This document shows, one piece after another, positions 1 through 11,900 of a DNA stretch of 64,000 nt; positions within the stretch are counted from its first letter, which is position 1; the number at the start of each line of letters is the position of its first letter. The position numbers and the translations under genes were made by a program. Origin of the DNA: a virus. Lineage: Duplodnaviria; Caudoviricetes. A model generated the notes under the pieces. It saw only the letters and a list, made by a program, of their open reading frames with translations. It had not been told where the DNA came from and ran no database searches. The stretch spans positions 2,634 through 66,633 of the IMG/VR virus record IMGVR_UViG_3300025875_000016; one strand, given 5' to 3'.

Positions 1-7
1 CCCGAAT

Positions 8-2878
8 ATGACGGGCGTGGCTCAGATGCTTCAACAGCGTCAAGCCTCGTGGGATGCTGCCTTCAGCAACCTTCAGGGTGTGCTTGGTCAGGGTCTGGCG
101 ATGCAACAAACCCGTGGAACGGGTCTGGCTGCGAATGCCATTGGAGGTATGGCTGGTCAGGGAGACGTGGCTTCCACCTTGGCTCAGCTTCAGGCTATCC
201 CGCTGAACCAACGGACTCCTGAGGTGAACGCTCAGATCGCTTCCCTTATGGATACGGGTATTGCCCGTGACCAAGGGCGTGCGGACATTGGGCTCACCGG
301 TGGTCAAACGGCTCTGGCCTATTCCTCGGCTGGTCTGAATGACCAGAACGCACGCCTCGTTGATGCCAACCGGCTCAGCGTGCTGGGTGGTGAACGTCGT
401 ACTGACGAACTCCATACTCGGGCAATCGGTCAGGAAGACTCTGCCATCGCTCTCAACGGTATCGTTGGGAATGCTATCATCAGTGGTGGTAACAACACTC
501 TGGTTGGTGGTGGTGGAGCTGCGGCAGCTCCCCAAGCTGGTGGGCTTGGTTCGCTCTCCGGGAAGTATGAAGGGTCCTATGATACTGTCGGTGGTGACGG
601 TGGTCGGGCTTACGGACGCTACCAGTTCGATGGTCCTGCTGGTGGGCTCAATACGTTCTTCCAAGCTGCTCCCCAGTATGCTCAGCAATTCGCTGGACTG
701 GAGCCGGGGACTGCTGAGTTCAACAGCCGGTGGCAACAGCTTAGCCGTACCGATCCCGGCTTTAACGCTGCTCAAGATGCGGCTGCTAGCCAGCGTTGGT
801 ATGCTCCGGCTGCTGAGACTGCGACTGGTCTTGGGTTCCAGATGAATAACCGTGGGGTACAGGAAGCTGTATTCTCCGGTTCTATTCAGCATGGTGGTAT
901 CGACAAGATTCTCCAAGCTGCTGCTCAAACTCCGGGCTTTGCTCAGATGAGCCCGCAGCAACAGATCGAGGCATTCTACAATGCCCGAGGCAACTACGTC
1001 GTAAACGAGGGTGGTCTCTCGGGTGATAGGCTTTCGGGTGTTATCAACCGGTACGATTCTGAGCGTCGTGATGCACTGAGCCTGTCGAGTGGTGCTGCTG
1101 TATCTCCTGAGCAAGGTGGTGGTACTGGCGTTGCTCAGAACGGTGCTCCTACTTCTACCGGTCCTCGTATCAATGCTCCCATGGACCTTGACTATGGGAC
1201 GATGACTCCTGCCCAGATCGCAGAGATGTGGGGCTCCGTGGGTGCGGAATCCGATCTCGCTATGGATCAGTCCATCGAGAACCAAGCGGCTTCTAATCTG
1301 GATCGACAGACGGACCAAGACTTCCTTGAACAGAGTTTGGACTTCGGTCGGACCCAGACTGAACAAGCTAGCATCGACGCTGGTACTCGTGCAGGTGCCT
1401 CTATCCCGCAACGTGCTGATGTTCTCAGTCCGGCTGATGCCGAGCGTGCGGTCATGGAGCAATTCCCTGATGACCCGATTGCTCAACAAGCTGCTCTTCA
1501 GCAGATCGGCATAGCTCCGAGTTCGGTCTATGAGGCTCCGTTCGATCCTAGCAGGAGCAGTCCTGTTCCGGGGGCTGAAGGCACTGTGGCTGCTTATGCT
1601 CAACAAGCAGAAGTCGCCCTAAGTGCTGATCCTATGGTTCAACGGTTTGACCAAGTTCAGTCCTTTGAGGGTATCTCTGGGACTGCTTTGGCTGATGCTG
1701 TCAAAGGCCAGATGCCTGAGCTTACGGATATGCCTCCGAATAGGATTCTTCGTGCTATCCAAGAGGTCATGGAGAAGACTGGTGTCTCTGAGCAGATGGC
1801 TGCTGCCTCTCTGCTAGCCTCTCCGCATGAGGTTGGTATCTGGGAAGGTATGACGACGTTTGGTGGTATCGAACGGGGTGAGATCATTCTGGACTCCGAT
1901 CGAGCTTCTGAGATTGCTCGTCAGATGGCTGATCCTGCCACGGTTCTTGCTGTGCAAGAGCGTCGTGGTCAGTCTCAGAATGCTATTGCTACTGCTCAGG
2001 CTGATCTGGCTACGCTGGCTGAAGTTACTCGTCGAAACGATCTGGCTGAGTCCCGTGGTCAAGGTCGTCCTCAACAAGCTCAGCAGGATGCTCTTACTCA
2101 GCGTATTATGGCGATTGGTAATCAAGGAGGTCTTCCGGTTGCCACTCCTACTACTGGAGCAGGAGCTGGAGCTGCTGTTCCTAGCCCGGTTAGTGCTGCT
2201 CCGGCTGCTCCCCTTGCAGGGGCTGTGCCCGCTGCTGGTGTTGGGCCTAGGCTGGCTACGGCTCAGGCTATGGGTCTGGCTCCTGCTGCCGCTCCAGTTG
2301 CACCGGCTGATGCTGAAGTAGCTGCGGCTGTGGCAGGTCTTACTGGAAGGGCTCCTGCTGCCCCCGCTCCTGAGGCTGTGGCGGCTGCTGTGGGTGCTGG
2401 AGGGGTGGATGGTGCTGCTCCCCTTACTGGGTCTCCAGCGGCTGCTCCTGTGGCTGCTAGGCCCCTTGGGGAGATTCTGGCTACTGCGGCTGCTGCTCCT
2501 CGACCGGCTCCGCCTACTCCTCCTTTGGTTCCAGCTACGGAAGGTTCGGCTGAAGCTCAGGCTGCTGCTGCCCAGAGCCAAGCCTCTCAGGTGGTAGCCA
2601 ATATCAATGGTCAGGAGATCACTGCTGGTCAGGTGGCTACGCTTCCTCCTCAAGAACAAGCTATGGTTATGGGTCTAGCTGACTTCCAAGCCTTCGCTGA
2701 GGAGAACGTGTCTCCCCCGGTTCGTCGTATGCTGGCCGATCCGGATACATCTCCGACTCGTAAGGCTCAGGCTCTATCTCGTATTCAGTCTCAGATTCTA
2801 AATGATCCGATGCTAAGAGCTGTACCTGAGCAACAGCAATCTCTCTTGATTGGGCTTCAGACTATGGCTGGCCTCTAG
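8..2878 (+). CDS. Putative internal virion/ejection protein with lysozyme-like domain (N4 gp51-like position); may be 5'-truncated by the window edge
   Basis: 956-aa ORF just upstream of vRNAP. Contains SGKYEG..GGDGGRAYGRYQF...QEAVFSGSIQHGG, a lysozyme-like segment. Ala/Pro-rich C-terminal half; no Cys seen. Confidence 0.65.
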   Translation: MTGVAQMLQQRQASWDAAFSNLQGVLGQGLAMQQTRGTGLAANAIGGMAGQGDVASTLAQLQAIPLNQRTPEVNAQIASLMDTGIARDQGRADIGLTGGQTALAYSSAGLNDQNARLVDANRLSVLGGERRTDELHTRAIGQEDSAIALNGIVGNAIISGGNNTLVGGGGAAAAPQAGGLGSLSGKYEGSYDTVGGDGGRAYGRYQFDGPAGGLNTFFQAAPQYAQQFAGLEPGTAEFNSRWQQLSRTDPGFNAAQDAAASQRWYAPAAETATGLGFQMNNRGVQEAVFSGSIQHGGIDKILQAAAQTPGFAQMSPQQQIEAFYNARGNYVVNEGGLSGDRLSGVINRYDSERRDALSLSSGAAVSPEQGGGTGVAQNGAPTSTGPRINAPMDLDYGTMTPAQIAEMWGSVGAESDLAMDQSIENQAASNLDRQTDQDFLEQSLDFGRTQTEQASIDAGTRAGASIPQRADVLSPADAERAVMEQFPDDPIAQQAALQQIGIAPSSVYEAPFDPSRSSPVPGAEGTVAAYAQQAEVALSADPMVQRFDQVQSFEGISGTALADAVKGQMPELTDMPPNRILRAIQEVMEKTGVSEQMAAASLLASPHEVGIWEGMTTFGGIERGEIILDSDRASEIARQMADPATVLAVQERRGQSQNAIATAQADLATLAEVTRRNDLAESRGQGRPQQAQQDALTQRIMAIGNQGGLPVATPTTGAGAGAAVPSPVSAAPAAPLAGAVPAAGVGPRLATAQAMGLAPAAAPVAPADAEVAAAVAGLTGRAPAAPAPEAVAAAVGAGGVDGAAPLTGSPAAAPVAARPLGEILATAAAAPRPAPPTPPLVPATEGSAEAQAAAAQSQASQVVANINGQEITAGQVATLPPQEQAMVMGLADFQAFAEENVSPPVRRMLADPDTSPTRKAQALSRIQSQILNDPMLRAVPEQQQSLLIGLQTMAGL

Positions 2879-2907
2879 CAAAATCTATGGTAGAAGTTAC
2901 GTAGCTG

Positions 2908-2934
2908 AGGCAGGGGCCACGGTCCCTGCCTTTT
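2908..2934 (+). terminator. Intrinsic terminator-like hairpin before vRNAP
   Basis: AGGCAGGG...CCCTGCCT stem followed by TTT. Confidence 0.55.
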
Positions 2935-2953
2935 CCATTCAAGGATAGTATCA

Positions 2954-5900
2954 ATGGCTGACGGTCCTCGGGTTCCTACGATCACCCTGCCCGGAGTGAG
3001 TTTTGGGAATACCGTTCCGGCTGCACCCGCCCCAGTAGCTGTTCCTGTGGTTCCTAGTGCTGCTGCCTTGGAGTTCTTGAACAGCCCTGCTCAGATGGAA
3101 GCTGCTGCTGCTGCCAGACAGAATGGCAATACAGAGTTCACTGCGGGAATGATTGATGAGCTTCGGACTCTTTCGCAACCGGAAGTCGCGGCTAAGTATG
3201 GTCCTGAGGTTGCTGCCCGTCGTCATGAGATCGTTGCGGCTGAGCAAGCCTTTCAAACCGACCTGAACTCCGAACGGGATATGGGTCAGATTGTAGGGGA
3301 TACTGCCCTTGGTGTCGCATCTTCTGGCGTGGGTATGCTTTACGGGGCTGCTGGTCTCCTTAACGGGGCATTCAGTCCAGAGGCTGGTGTCCAAGCCGTT
3401 GAGGATGGTGCAAAGGCTCAGGAGTGGATCAGGTCCTTCCAATCCCAGGAACTCACTGAACGGCGAGAAGCGACTGCACTTATGCGATCGCTCGATTATG
3501 CTGAATCAGCAGCTCAACTGGAGGACGAACGGGCTGATGGTTCCGGGGAGTTTATGTCCGGTCTGCGGAGGATTGGTCGTGACTCCCTCACCTACGCAGC
3601 TAGCATTGCGGAAGACCCAGCTCTAGCGGTTGACCTGACGGCTGAAGCAATCGGGTCGCTTCTTCCTTCGACGGGAGCCATCAAGGTTGCGAACGCTGCT
3701 GCTCGTGGGACTCGTCTTGCTGCGGCTGCGGGTCCTGCTGTCATCGGTGGTATGGAAGCTGGGGGTGCTCACTCTCAGGCTGTTCAGGCTGTTCTGGCTA
3801 TGAGCGAAGAGCAACTCATGGCTGGTAGTGAAGACTACCGGGCTCTCCGGGAGAATCCGGAGATGACCCATGAGGCTGCTCAAGCTATCATTGCTAATTC
3901 TACTGGTATGGATTCTGCTGCGACCCAGTTTCCTCTGGCTATGGCAGCCGGTATTGGTGTGGCCCGATTTGAGGCTGCTCCGCTTCGTGCTGGATCAGTT
4001 CCTGAGATAGCTCGTAACGTAGTCAGCGAGACGGCTGAGGAAGCCTTCCAAGGTGGTACTGGCCAACTCTCCTCTAACCTTGCTGTCCAACAGAATGCTG
4101 ATGTGAACCAAGGGCTCTCGGCGGGTGTGGGTGAAGCTGTGGCTGCCGGTGCCCTCGGTGGCCTCGGTATGGCTGGTACGCTTCAGACTCCTGCTCTTGC
4201 TGCTGAGACTACTCGTGCTGCTACCCAAGGAGCTGTGGCTGCTTCGCGTGCTAGGATCGCTCAGGTTAATGAAGCCATCCGTAAGACGGGTGGAGCCACG
4301 GTTGAGATTGCTCGTCAAGGGCTTGATGCTCTCGATGCTCTACGTGCCCCCTTGGAAGCTGCGGCTACCAGCCTACCTGAACCTGTGGCTGGGGTGGTGC
4401 CTCCCGCGTCGGTTGCGGGGCCTTCTGCGGTAGAAGGCACTGCTCCAGTCACTGAGGATACTGTCGGTGAGATGCTGGACCAGACTGGTCCGGAGACTCC
4501 TGCTCCTCTTACTCCTGCACCGGAACAGGTTGCGGCTTCTCGTATTCTTGAGCAGATCGCTATCCCTCAGACTGAGATTGATAGCATTCCGGAAACTATT
4601 AAGCCGATCGTTATGGCCCTCAACGAGGATGGGTCTACGAACAATAGTCGGGGCAAGATGCTCCTACAGGCTGCTGTAGGCTTGATGCAGAACCCGGATA
4701 TGCCTGCGGACCAGAAAAGGTCCACGGCTCTTTTTGCCTATGACCAAGTGGCTAAGCTCCAGAGCTTCATCCTTGAAGATACTCCGGCTGAGGTTGCTGG
4801 TCTGGCTGAAGACCATCCCACTCGTCTGGCTTATGATGAAGCCAAGATGACCTTGGAGGCTGTGACGTCTATCCCGGAGATCAAGGCTGCTATGGAAGCG
4901 GCTCTTGTGGCTGAGATGGAACCAACTGAAATCTCTGAGGTTAGCCCCGAAGGGGCTACCAATACGATTCCTATCGAACCTTCCAAGGTGCAGGAAGCGG
5001 TTCAGGTGTCCACTGCCAATCCGGTTGGTGTAGATGTTGGAACTGTAGATCGTATCCTGAACCAAGATACGAACCTCACCCCTGAGAAGATCGCTTCCCT
5101 CAAGGCTGCTCGTGCCACCAAGATTGTGGCTGATACAGTTGCGAAGGCTAAGGATGGCCTGGCCCAGAACCTTGCCAAGGTAACTGGCAAGAAGCCACGT
5201 CCCACGATGGATATCGTGAAGAAGCAAATCCATCTGGAGGGTAAGACCACTAAGGACCCGAATCGTATCCTACCGAGCCTGAATGACTTCGCTCGGTATA
5301 TCTCTACGTCTATGAGCCTTCAGGGAAACTATATCCCTGATGCCAAGGGCAATCCTACCAATGCTCAGGAAAGCTATGATCGTCTGGGTGACTTCGCCCA
5401 GCACATGATTAACAAGATCGGAGCCTTCAACAAGTCGGCTCAGCTCAACATGGATGGCAAGAGCATTGCCGACGTTCAGGTCAAGTATGATACCCTCACT
5501 GCTGATGGCTGGGTGAAAGCGTCTTCTGCTTTGGCTCGACCCGTAGGTGTGACGGTCAAATCTCCTCAGTCTCGGGCTATGGTAAAGGAAGCCTACCTTG
5601 ACGCTATGGCCTCGGTTGAACTCTACAACCAGATGGTGGACATCTACGGAGACAAGCTGGGTGGGAAGAAGCTAACGCTTCCTGCCTTGGATCAACTGAT
5701 TGGTGGTGTGGACTTCAAGCTTCCTGAGGTTCTGATCGCTGATCTTCAGTCTGGCTCGCCGTCTGATCCTAACCGTCAGGAACCCCGTAAGCTTGGGATC
5801 AAGGACCTCGACCTTGAGAACCAAGAGGCTGAGATTGAAAACCAGACTCTGGTGGATGAAGAAGCTCCCACTCCTGCTGAGGATGTGGATCGGGCTCCTA

Positions 5901-8900
5901 CGGCTGAAGAGAAGAAGATCGCTGACGCTGAAGCTGCGGCTGATGCTCTGGCGGATATCAAGAAGGTCAACACCAAGGTTACTGGTGAAGTAGGTGTTAC
6001 CCGTTCGGCTGAACCAACGGCTGAGGAAATTGCTGAAGCTGAAGCCCAGCTAGAGGCTGAAGAGGCTGCGGCAGCAGCCAAGCCCAAGGAGCGTAAGCTC
6101 CGTAAGGATGCTGTCCTCAAGAAGAAGGAAAGCCTCGTCGATCGGTCTGATGAGGAAGGAGACCAATCTCCTGCTCCTCTCGCTGAGGTCGTGGAAGAGA
6201 AAGTCCAGACGAACCTCCTGCCCAATAAGGATGGTATCTCTAGGTTCGCTAGGGCTTTCCGTGCTACGCCCGGAACGTCCCTGCTGGCTGGTCTGAAGAA
6301 CCCGCTTCAGGTGATGATCGCTACTCTGAAGAACCAGAATAGGATCAAGGTCTTTAGCAAGAACCGGATCGAGTACATGGTCCCGATGGATCAGCTCAAG
6401 GTTCTCCAAGAGACCATGGCTGTGGACGTGCCTGCCATCATCGAGAAGCTGAATGCCCGGCTGGAGACTGTGGAGTTCTCCAAGGGAAGCAAGGGCATCA
6501 TGGAAGCCTACCGTGCTGGACGGTGGGTGACGGACTTCATGGAAGGTAAGGCTGCTGCCCTGATCGACCCAGAGACTGGGAAGTATGACTCCCGTCTGGC
6601 TGAGATCGGTGTGATCGCTGGTATCCATTGGGCTCTGAATGCTCAGAAGAATAAGCCCATGGACGAAGAGGAGATCGCCAAGAGCTTCGGCTGGACCTTG
6701 GAGACCTACCAGAACAACCCTGACCTCCAGAAGCTGGCTGCCTTCGGCATGGATGATACCCAAGCCAAGGAAGGTCTGGCTCGTACTATTCAGGAGTTTA
6801 TGGGTATCCAAGCGATTGAGACTGTGACCATGAGTGATACTCGTGGAATCATTGAAGGCTTCGCCTCTGAGATTCTCAAGGCTATGGATGGGTCTTATGT
6901 AGAAATCGAAAATCTACCCTCAGTTATTGAGCAGTGGGTTGAAGACGAAAACGGTGTTGGGAAGATGGAACTTCTCAATGTGGAGAAGACTGCCGTCAAG
7001 ACCGATACCGAGAATACTAAAGAAGAGCTTAGCAAGCTGGGTGGTCTCAAGGGCCTCCTCGGAGATATGATCCTCGCGGAAGACTCCAACAAGCATCGCT
7101 ATGTGGGTGAGCCTCCCAAGTCCAAGGTCAAGGCGACCCAGCGTAAGAACCGGTTCTCCAAGCTCAGCAACACTGAGCAGAGTGTTCTGACAAACCTCCG
7201 TAAGATTGAGTTCTACAGGAACACTCCGTTCCTGGATTTCCTCAATGCTATGGGTCAGGAATCTACTGGCCAGCTTTTCGGTGATGTAAACATTGACCCG
7301 GACCTTCGGCTTTTCAACGATGAGAAGCGGGACGCTGAGCACCGTAAGAAGGGTAAGGTCAACCGGAAGCACCGGAAGACGATCGAGGGGAAGAACCTCT
7401 CGAACAAGATGAGCTGGGAAGGTGTCATGGATCATGACGCTGCCATCCGCTCGTATGCTGAAGCCAATGGTATGGCTCCTGAAGATGTGCCTACGTACTA
7501 CGACTGGTATATCACCAAGGTGGGACGCCATGGGATGGAGGGCTTCGGTCCTCAGGCTGACAAACTGGCTCGTGAGGCTTTCATCTCGACGGTGAGTGTC
7601 CTCGATCTGACCAAGCCGGAGCATATGGAGTTCTTCTGGATGACCGTGGCTCAGTCCTCGGGCATCTCCAAGACCGAGAAGGATACCCGTTCCAAGGCTA
7701 TCTCTGATACCCATGAGAAGCTTATCCAAAAGTATCCGGAGAGCCTTCGTATCCTGACGGAATGGCACGCTGCAAAACAGACGGACCCTGAAGCCCAGAT
7801 CACCTTGGATCAGCAGAATACCATCATCGCTGAGACTGGTGGAGCTGCTTCGGCCAAACTGATGCACAGCCTTCTGGCTGTGGCCCAGCTAGACTACGCC
7901 CTGAGTGTGGGTGGTCCAGCTATGGAGAACTTCGTCCATATGCTGAGCCTTGAGGCTGATGGTAAGACCGACGGTCCTATCAATGCCATGATGCACTTCA
8001 CGTCCGGTCGCTTCGAGAAGCACCAGCTTGAACTGCTCGCCAAGGGTGGGTTCTTCGTCAACGATGCTGGTGCCACTGGTGAGGGTAAGACTCTCAACGA
8101 GCACTACCTGACGGACAAGGTGGACCTGTATCAGGCTGGTGCTACTAAGATGGCTCAGCTTATGCGGGACCTGAAGAAGACGCTGGTCAAGTTCAAGTCT
8201 GGGTCCAACAACCCTGCTGAGTTCCTTACGTCTCTGGAGAGGTTCTCCTCGGTCTTTGGAGATGTCAGCTTCGACGATAAGGGTGATATCGTCATCGGTC
8301 GTAATACCATGAAGAACCCACTGACCGTGACCACTTATGGGTCCGGGATCAACGGGATCACTGGTAAGGTGGCTAACTCTCTACTGGATTCGTTCTACGA
8401 GCAGCTCTCCGGGGTTATCCAAGGGGACCAAGACAACAAGATCATGAACTACCCCGGTGGGGAGAAGACCCTTCAGGCTGACCTGAACCTGCTGTTCAAT
8501 GGGGTGGCTGTTTACTCCAAAAAGAAGAGCAGGTGGTTTGCTATCTATGACAATTCTATGGATAGCACTGACCTCAGCGATCCTTGGGACTTCGAGTTTT
8601 CTATGGACCAGCGTGCCAACTTCCTGACCAACGTCAGGAACCTCATGGTCACGCCCATGGATGAAGCCATCCAAAGCCTGATGGGTGAGACAACCAAGGC
8701 GACTAAGCGGTTCCAGCTTGCGACCCAAATCCAAGCTGCCGTCATGATGGATAAGTTCACCACCCGTATCGAGGAGGAACTGAAGAAGAAGCGTGATGCT
8801 GGTGATAAGGATTATCTGAGCCAAGCTGAGTATGACGCTATCTTCAAGGAACTGGAAATCTATGGGGCCATCGTTGAGAACAACGTCCAGACCCTGAATA

Positions 8901-11900
8901 TGGGAACCAAGGAGAAGAGCCAGTCGGATAAGCGACTTTCCTCTGCCTTGGATCGCACGATGGCTGGGACGTCTACCCTTCCGGGTCCTAGTGCTGCGGG
9001 GGTTAGGGCTGCTCCCTACCTGACGATCGCTCGTGGCGACGCGATGATGATTAACAACATCTATGCTGCCGAGGATGCGATCCTGAGGAGCCTCCCTGTC
9101 TTCGACGGTGTGGAGCTTGCAGCTGATATCATCGACAGTGCCAGCCAGCGTATTAACAAGGCTGTGGCTGATGCGTGGCTTGAGCAGAACCCGGCCATGG
9201 ATGTGGCCGAGAGCTACGCTGCGTTCCTGCGGGAGAAGCCGTTCGAGAAGCTCAGTGAAGCAGCTAAGGCTGATATCGCAGATATGATCGCAAGGTATCA
9301 ATCTGCTCAGGCTGGCAAGAAGGTCCTGCCTGATGTATCAAAATTGGACTCCAATAGTCAGTCCATCCACAAAGCTCTGCTAGATCAAGCAGATAGCATT
9401 CAGCTCCGTAAGGATACGCTGAAGGAAGTGCTCTACTCTGTGGATCACATGGCTTCGGCTGAGAGCCCGTACCTCTACAGGGGTCAAGCTCTTCGTACCG
9501 ATATCCCGCTACATCAGGCCCTGAATGAAATCTATGACGCCAAACAAGCCGAGCGTGCTGCCCAAGACAAGCAAGCGGTTGAGCGACCCAGTGCCGTTCT
9601 CACCAAAGCTATCTCGCAGGCGGGGCGTGGGCTCGGAGATGGAGTCGTGTCTCTCACGACCAAAGGACTGAAAAGCGTCCTGTCTCGCTTCAATGGAATG
9701 AGCCCGGACCAACGGCGCGTGGCTGACCTTGTTCGGAAGAACTTGCATGGGGACCTAACTTTCCTATTCGGATCGTCTGACTCGCTAACCCAGTACCGTA
9801 ACCAGAAGTTCCAAGACCGCCAAGGCGAGCCTGCTGTGGGGCTGGGTCAGATAGACCTACGTAATAAGGTTGTTTATGTAAGCAATCAAAGCGTTGAGAC
9901 CACTCTGCACGAAGCTGTTCACGCTATTACTATGCAGAAGATTTTCGACTTCTACCTTGCTCCAGGCAAACTGAAGCCGGAAGAAGCTGCTGCTGTGGAA
10001 AGGCTGGAGCTGCTCATGAATGATTTCATGGGCAGGGACTTCCTAGTGGCGACCGATGCTGCCACCAGTGAGGCTGCTCTCAAGCTTCAGGATACCATTA
10101 CCACTCTTATGAGTGAGGGTCTTGAAGATTCGAAAGCTGCTGCTGTCAGCGAGTTTGTGTCTTGGTCTCTTAGCAATGAGAACCTTATCCGGCTGAACAA
10201 GGCTACCCGGAACAAGAACCCCTTGGCTCAGATCAGCCAAGCTGTGCTCAAGGCTCTGGGCAAACTCTTTGGACGTCCCGACGGGGATGTGTTCTCTCAC
10301 ATCCTGTTCAACGCCAAGGTGCTTTCCACCATGGATCGGGAGACTACGGGCTCTGATGTGACTGCCACTAGGATTCTACACCATGGAAATCCTCGGGCTG
10401 ACACCCGCCTTCAGGAGATGTACGACAACCTTGAGAGCAAGATTCTTAGCTTCCTGAACTCTAAGCAGGGTCAAGAAGCTGATGCAATCCTAAGAGATGT
10501 GACTGTTGCCCGTGGTCTGGGTCTCCAGTCCACCGATATGTTCAAGGCGAACGGTTACGACAACTGGACTGAGCAGCAGAGGTCTCTGTTCGGTTCGGTC
10601 CAAGCTGTGATGGCTACTCAGATGGAGATCGAGCCGATCACCTTGGCTCGTACCCAGAAGCTATACCGTCACGTTCTGAGCAAGCTGACCTATACCGATC
10701 TGATGGAGAATCCCGACTCTCAGGATGTGGCTGAGATCACTCGGGGTCAGGCTCGGTTCCGGGTGCTCACCGGTGGTGAAGGCTCTCTTAGAGATGCTCA
10801 AGGTAATACTAACCTTCTGAGCAGCTTCCTTGCCTTGGTTCAGGTAGATGAGACCTTCCGTAAGGCTCTTACCAAGATCGACGTGCCTAAGGCGATCGAC
10901 GTCAACTGGAAAGGCTCCATGAATGAGAAGCTGGAGTCCTTTGGTCGGTCGATGATCGACGGGCTTAGTATTACCCTGACTAGAGAAGGTCGTTACAATT
11001 CCAATATCCAAGAGGCTCTGGATAAGCTCACCGCTTCCTTGGCTCAGATCGAGAAGGACAACTCCACCTATCTAGAGGTCCAAGCCAACTCGCTACTGGA
11101 CCATGGTGACGGTCTGGGCACTCGAATGCTGGAGGCTGCCGGAGACTGGCTGGGAGCTACCGCAGACGCCCGTAGAGGCGAGGCTAGGTCTAGGACCGCT
11201 AAGGCGATCTACGGTGGTGCTGGGCTGCTCTCTGGCTTCCTGAACGAGAACCGTGGGAAAGCCAGCATCCGGACGATCACGGGCTGGATGAACCAAACGG
11301 ATCACCTGCTCCCTATCCGGGAGATGGCTTCGGACGTCATCGGTATGACTGATGAGAACAAGGCTGTGCTCGCTCTGGTGGGTAAGGTGAAGTATGCGGT
11401 CTCTGCCATGCGGCAGGACTACCGGGAGAAGCTGCCTCAGATTTTCGAATCCAAGTTCAAGACCCTGCTCAAGGACGAGCAGCGTAAGGCCATGCACACG
11501 GTCATGGGCAAGGCTGATATCGCTGCCCTCAGGGATTCTATGAGCGTGAACCAAGTGGTGGAGTTGCTCAGGGATGATGCCAAGCTGAAGGCTGAAATCC
11601 AATCCACTGAGGCTGCCCTCAAGGCGATGAATAGCTATAACTTCCCGACGTTCGTCCGGAAGTCCAAGCAGCTCGCCAAGTTCATGGTTACTGGGGTTGC
11701 TGGTCAGAACCTGCTTACCAATGCGTATGCTATCAGCCAGCTTCTCAATGAGCCGAACCAGAAGGTGAGGGGCTCAATGGGTCTCCAAGGTGAGGCTCTG
11801 ATCGACAAGCTGACGAGCCTCTATGCTCTGCTGGAAGTTGATGACTACCAGAGGTTCTTGGTGGCTGATCTAGCTACCAATGAGACTGATGGTGTGGCCT

